DNA of 51,168 bases from the NCBI GenBank assembly GCA_964464115.1, contig CAYXEW010000006.1, positions 1-51,168 on the forward strand. Reading direction: 5' to 3'. The notes beneath the pieces are model-generated. The model was not told where the DNA came from, ran no database searches, and saw only the letters and a list, made by a program, of their open reading frames with translations. The DNA comes from an uncultured Verrucomicrobiota bacterium (GTDB lineage: Bacteria > Verrucomicrobiota > Kiritimatiellia > CAYTQP01 > CAYXEW01). The translations under genes were made by a program, and so were the position numbers. Positions 47,925 through 51,168 of this stretch are shown here, one piece after another; position 1 is the stretch's first letter; every line of letters begins with the position of its first letter.

Positions 47925-50870
47925 ATGTATGATGCCAGCGAAAACGTATCTGTACGCGCAAAAAAAAGCAGTAAAAACCGCTCTGATTCCCGAAATATAC
48001 GCAGCCAATCAAACGCCTCCGGAAAACAGAAAAACACCGCCTCATCCCGCCCCTTGAAAATAAAGAGAGTTTTCAGTAAGACAAATGTACACCCCTTTGA
48101 TGAACTTCAATGGGAGCGCCGCAAAACGGCTATCACAGATGACAAAGGCGAAGTCCTGTTCGTACAGAACAATGTCGAAGTGCCGAAGAACTGGTCCATG
48201 CTGGCGGCCAATATCGTTTCCTCTAAATATTTTTATGGTGCGATAGGCTCAGATGAGCGCGAATATTCGGTGAAACAGCTCGTCCATCGAGTATCCCGCA
48301 CGATTGCCGACTGGGGGGCCAAGGATGGTTACTTTGCGTCAGATGAGGACGCCGAACTCTTTTATCAGGAGCTGGCCTATCTGTGCGTCAACCAGTACGG
48401 GGCCTTTAATTCGCCGGTTTGGTTCAATTGCGGCCTCTACCAGCAATACGGCACAGGAAAAAACAGTTGTGCCGGCAATTATTACTTCAACCCGCTGACG
48501 GGAGAAACCGCTCGGGCGACGTCCCAGTATGAATATCCACAGTGCTCGGCGTGCTTTATTCAGTCGGTCGATGACAGTATGGAAGGTATTATGTCGCTCG
48601 CCCACAGTGAAGCCATGCTTTTTAAATTTGGCAGTGGAACGGGGACAGACTTGTCCAGTCTGCGCAGTTCCAGAGAAGTGTTGAGCGGCGGCGGAACCCC
48701 CAGCGGCCCCCTCTCTTTCCTCAAGGTATATGATGCGATTGCCGGTGTTGTTAAATCCGGGGGCAAGACCCGCCGGGCTGCAAAAATGAATACCCTGAAA
48801 GACTGGCACCCCGATATTAAAGAGTTTATTGAGGCAAAGACCATTGAAGAGAAAAAAGCCTGGGCGCTCATTACTGAGGGTTATTCTGGCGATTTTAACG
48901 GTGACGCCTACGGTTCAATCTGCTTCCAGAACGAGAACCTCAGTGTGCGCGTCACAGACGCCTTCATGAATGCCGTAATTGAAGATAAGGATTGGCAGAC
49001 CCACTGGGTGACAGAACCGTCTAAAGACGGTCCCAAATACAAAGCCCGGGATCTCATGAAGTGGATTGCTGAAGGCACCTGGGTCTGCGGTGATCCAGGA
49101 GTGCAGTACGAGGACACGGTGCAGCGCTGGCATACCAGCAAGAATACGGGCCCGATCAATTCCAGCAATCCTTGCAGTGAATATATGTTTATTGATGACA
49201 GTGCCTGTAATCTGGCGTCCTTGAATTTGATGAAGTTCAGAAAGGCGGACGGTTCGTTTGATGTCGAGCGCTTTCGTTCGGCTGTGGATATTTTTATAAC
49301 GGCACAGGAAATTATTGTGGACCGTTCGAGTTATCCTACCGCCCGCATCGCCCACAACAGCCATCTATTCCGTCCACTCGGCCTCGGGTTTGCCAACCTG
49401 GGTTCACTCGTGATGTCTAAAGGACTCTCTTATGATAGCGAAGAGGGTCGCTCCCTCGCTGCCGCCATCACGGCGGTCATGCATCTGGAGGCCTACACGC
49501 AGTCGGCCCGTCTGGCTGAGTGCAAAGGGGTATTTGAAGGATTTAAAGAGAACCGCGCCCCCATGCTCGATGTCGTACGCATGCACGCCGATGCCGTTGA
49601 GGAAATCGACGCGGGCTGTCCCGGTTATCTGCTCGACGCCGCCCGAGAGTGCGCAAAGAATGCCGTTCAGGTTGGTAAAAAGAACGGTTACCGAAATTCG
49701 CAGGTGACGGTCCTGGCACCGACCGGCACGATTGGTTTTATGATGGATTGTGATACCACCGGCGTCGAGCCGGATATTGCCCTAGTGAAATATAAGCTAC
49801 TGGCCGGTGGCGGCATGCTCAAAATCGTCAACCGCACTGTTCCCATGGCGCTCGCTGAGCTGGGCTATGATCAGGAAGCCGTTGATGCCGTCATCAAGTA
49901 TATTGATGAGAATGACACGATTGAAGGTGCCCCGGGTTTGAAAGACGAACATGTGCACATTTTTGACTGTGCCTTTAAACCCAGAAAAGGAAAGCGTTCC
50001 ATTCATTACCTAGGTCACATTCGCATGATGTCAGCGGTGCAGCCATTCCTTTCGGGCGCCATCAGCAAGACCGTCAACATGCCCAATGAGGCGACGGTTG
50101 ACGAAATCATGCAGACGTATATTGAAGCGTGGAAGCTGGGGTTGAAAGCCGTTGCCATTTATCGGGACGGATGTAAGCGGAGCCAGCCCGTGACCACCGG
50201 CAAAACGGAAATGAAAGAGGAAAAGCCATCCGGCGCTGAACTCAGCGGCGGAAACGGTAAACCTAAACCTTTACGTAAGCGGATGCCCACGACGCGTCAG
50301 TCCCTGACGCATAAGTTCGATATTGCGGGTCATGAGGGCTATTTAACCGTGGGGCTGTATGAAGACGGCACTCCCGGCGAACTGTTTATAACAATGGCCA
50401 AGGAAGGCAGTACGATTGGCGGCCTTATGGACTGTTTTGGGACGGCGATCTCACTGTGTCTCCAATATCGTGTCCCGGTGAAAACACTGGTCGAAAAGTT
50501 TGCCCATTCGCGGTTTGAGCCCAGCGGCTTTACAAAGAATCCAGACATTCCTATCGCGAAGTCGCTAATGGACTATATTTTTCGCTGGCTCGGTCAGACC
50601 TTTATCGATGCCAAGGGCAATTTGAATCCGATAGTTATGCTCGGCAGTGAAACGGCAGCTCCGGTACCCGCCGCTGAAGCGCCCGCCATTGCTCCCTCCA
50701 AGGAGCAGGAGCCGGCCATGCCATCTGGCGGCGGAAGGCCTCGTATTGATTCACAGTTCCAGCATTTTATGGAAGATGCCCCAGCCTGTGACGTTTGCGG
50801 GTCTATCACCGTGCGAAACGGGGCCTGTTACCGCTGTTATAACTGCGGCAATTCAATGGGCTGTTCCTAA
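47925..50870 (+). CDS. nrdJ: Class II (B12-dependent) ribonucleotide reductase with TSCPD and Zn-ribbon C-terminus
   Basis: FNSPVWFN, PQCSACFI, GGKTRRAAKM, SNPCSEY, ACNLASLN, APTGTIG, SGAISKTVN, YRDG and terminal CxxC..CxxC. Confidence 0.97.
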   Translation: MYDASENVSVRAKKSSKNRSDSRNIRSQSNASGKQKNTASSRPLKIKRVFSKTNVHPFDELQWERRKTAITDDKGEVLFVQNNVEVPKNWSMLAANIVSSKYFYGAIGSDEREYSVKQLVHRVSRTIADWGAKDGYFASDEDAELFYQELAYLCVNQYGAFNSPVWFNCGLYQQYGTGKNSCAGNYYFNPLTGETARATSQYEYPQCSACFIQSVDDSMEGIMSLAHSEAMLFKFGSGTGTDLSSLRSSREVLSGGGTPSGPLSFLKVYDAIAGVVKSGGKTRRAAKMNTLKDWHPDIKEFIEAKTIEEKKAWALITEGYSGDFNGDAYGSICFQNENLSVRVTDAFMNAVIEDKDWQTHWVTEPSKDGPKYKARDLMKWIAEGTWVCGDPGVQYEDTVQRWHTSKNTGPINSSNPCSEYMFIDDSACNLASLNLMKFRKADGSFDVERFRSAVDIFITAQEIIVDRSSYPTARIAHNSHLFRPLGLGFANLGSLVMSKGLSYDSEEGRSLAAAITAVMHLEAYTQSARLAECKGVFEGFKENRAPMLDVVRMHADAVEEIDAGCPGYLLDAARECAKNAVQVGKKNGYRNSQVTVLAPTGTIGFMMDCDTTGVEPDIALVKYKLLAGGGMLKIVNRTVPMALAELGYDQEAVDAVIKYIDENDTIEGAPGLKDEHVHIFDCAFKPRKGKRSIHYLGHIRMMSAVQPFLSGAISKTVNMPNEATVDEIMQTYIEAWKLGLKAVAIYRDGCKRSQPVTTGKTEMKEEKPSGAELSGGNGKPKPLRKRMPTTRQSLTHKFDIAGHEGYLTVGLYEDGTPGELFITMAKEGSTIGGLMDCFGTAISLCLQYRVPVKTLVEKFAHSRFEPSGFTKNPDIPIAKSLMDYIFRWLGQTFIDAKGNLNPIVMLGSETAAPVPAAEAPAIAPSKEQEPAMPSGGGRPRIDSQFQHFMEDAPACDVCGSITVRNGACYRCYNCGNSMGCS

Positions 50871-50897
50871 TGCTGAGACAGGAGTGATGAAGTTTTG

Positions 50898-50927
50898 ACG
50901 CCAGGCCTGCGCAGGCCTGGCGTTTTG
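50898..50927 (+). terminator. Terminator after nrdJ
   Basis: Perfect palindrome ACGCCAGGCCTGC|GCAGGCCTGGCGT followed by TTTG. Confidence 0.75.
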
Positions 50928-51168
50928 TTAATCTGAAGTTCCCCCCGAAACGGCGGGAAGGCCTACGACCATTCCAGCCCTACAAATTCTGGAGGGTCGC
51001 GTTCCACCGCGACCAGTTTGGGTGAACATGTCAGTGCGCACATCCGTACAGTACTGAGCGAACAGAAAACTGCACACATCACAGGCTGACCCCTTTTTCC
51101 TTTTTCAATTATTCGTAACAGTTTAGCTGGTATTGACATTGGTTTGCTCAATTAATTTCACATTGTTC

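Overview
Bacterial chromosomal window, mostly housekeeping genes. The short RpoD-like sigma factor, tandem class II aldolase, CpXC protein and ABC/TPR-like operon suggest a PVC-superphylum (Kiritimatiellota-like) organism; this is inference only. Genes recognised: ilvD, ppdK, a sigma-70 factor with apt, an LpxL-type acyltransferase, purK/purE, a phosphomannomutase, cysK-thiS-thiG-thiH-thiF, nnr, a hybrid histidine kinase and nrdJ with tandem NrdR boxes. An accessory defence island (~29.95-38.41 kb) carries an apparently intact type I restriction-modification system (hsdR, KilA-N gene, hsdM, hsdS) with a REP-flanked HUH (IS200/RAYT-like) transposase between hsdM and hsdS. The island also holds several miniaturised relic genes (SNF2/PLD helicase, ORF6N, type IIG-like, DUF1016, RAYT), most apparently keeping their ends and ATGA coupling while losing their middles, and it is bounded by an IS21-like end. 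Other notable items are a 31-bp exact (~90-bp imperfect) repeat present twice in inverted orientation 43 kb apart, a repeat-dense intergenic region behind a secreted LRR gene, a ~100-bp nested palindrome, and a PilGHI/Xap-like ABC + TPR-like operon with no pilin nearby. No rRNA, tRNA or CRISPR array was seen. Family assignments come from motif recognition by eye, not database searches.
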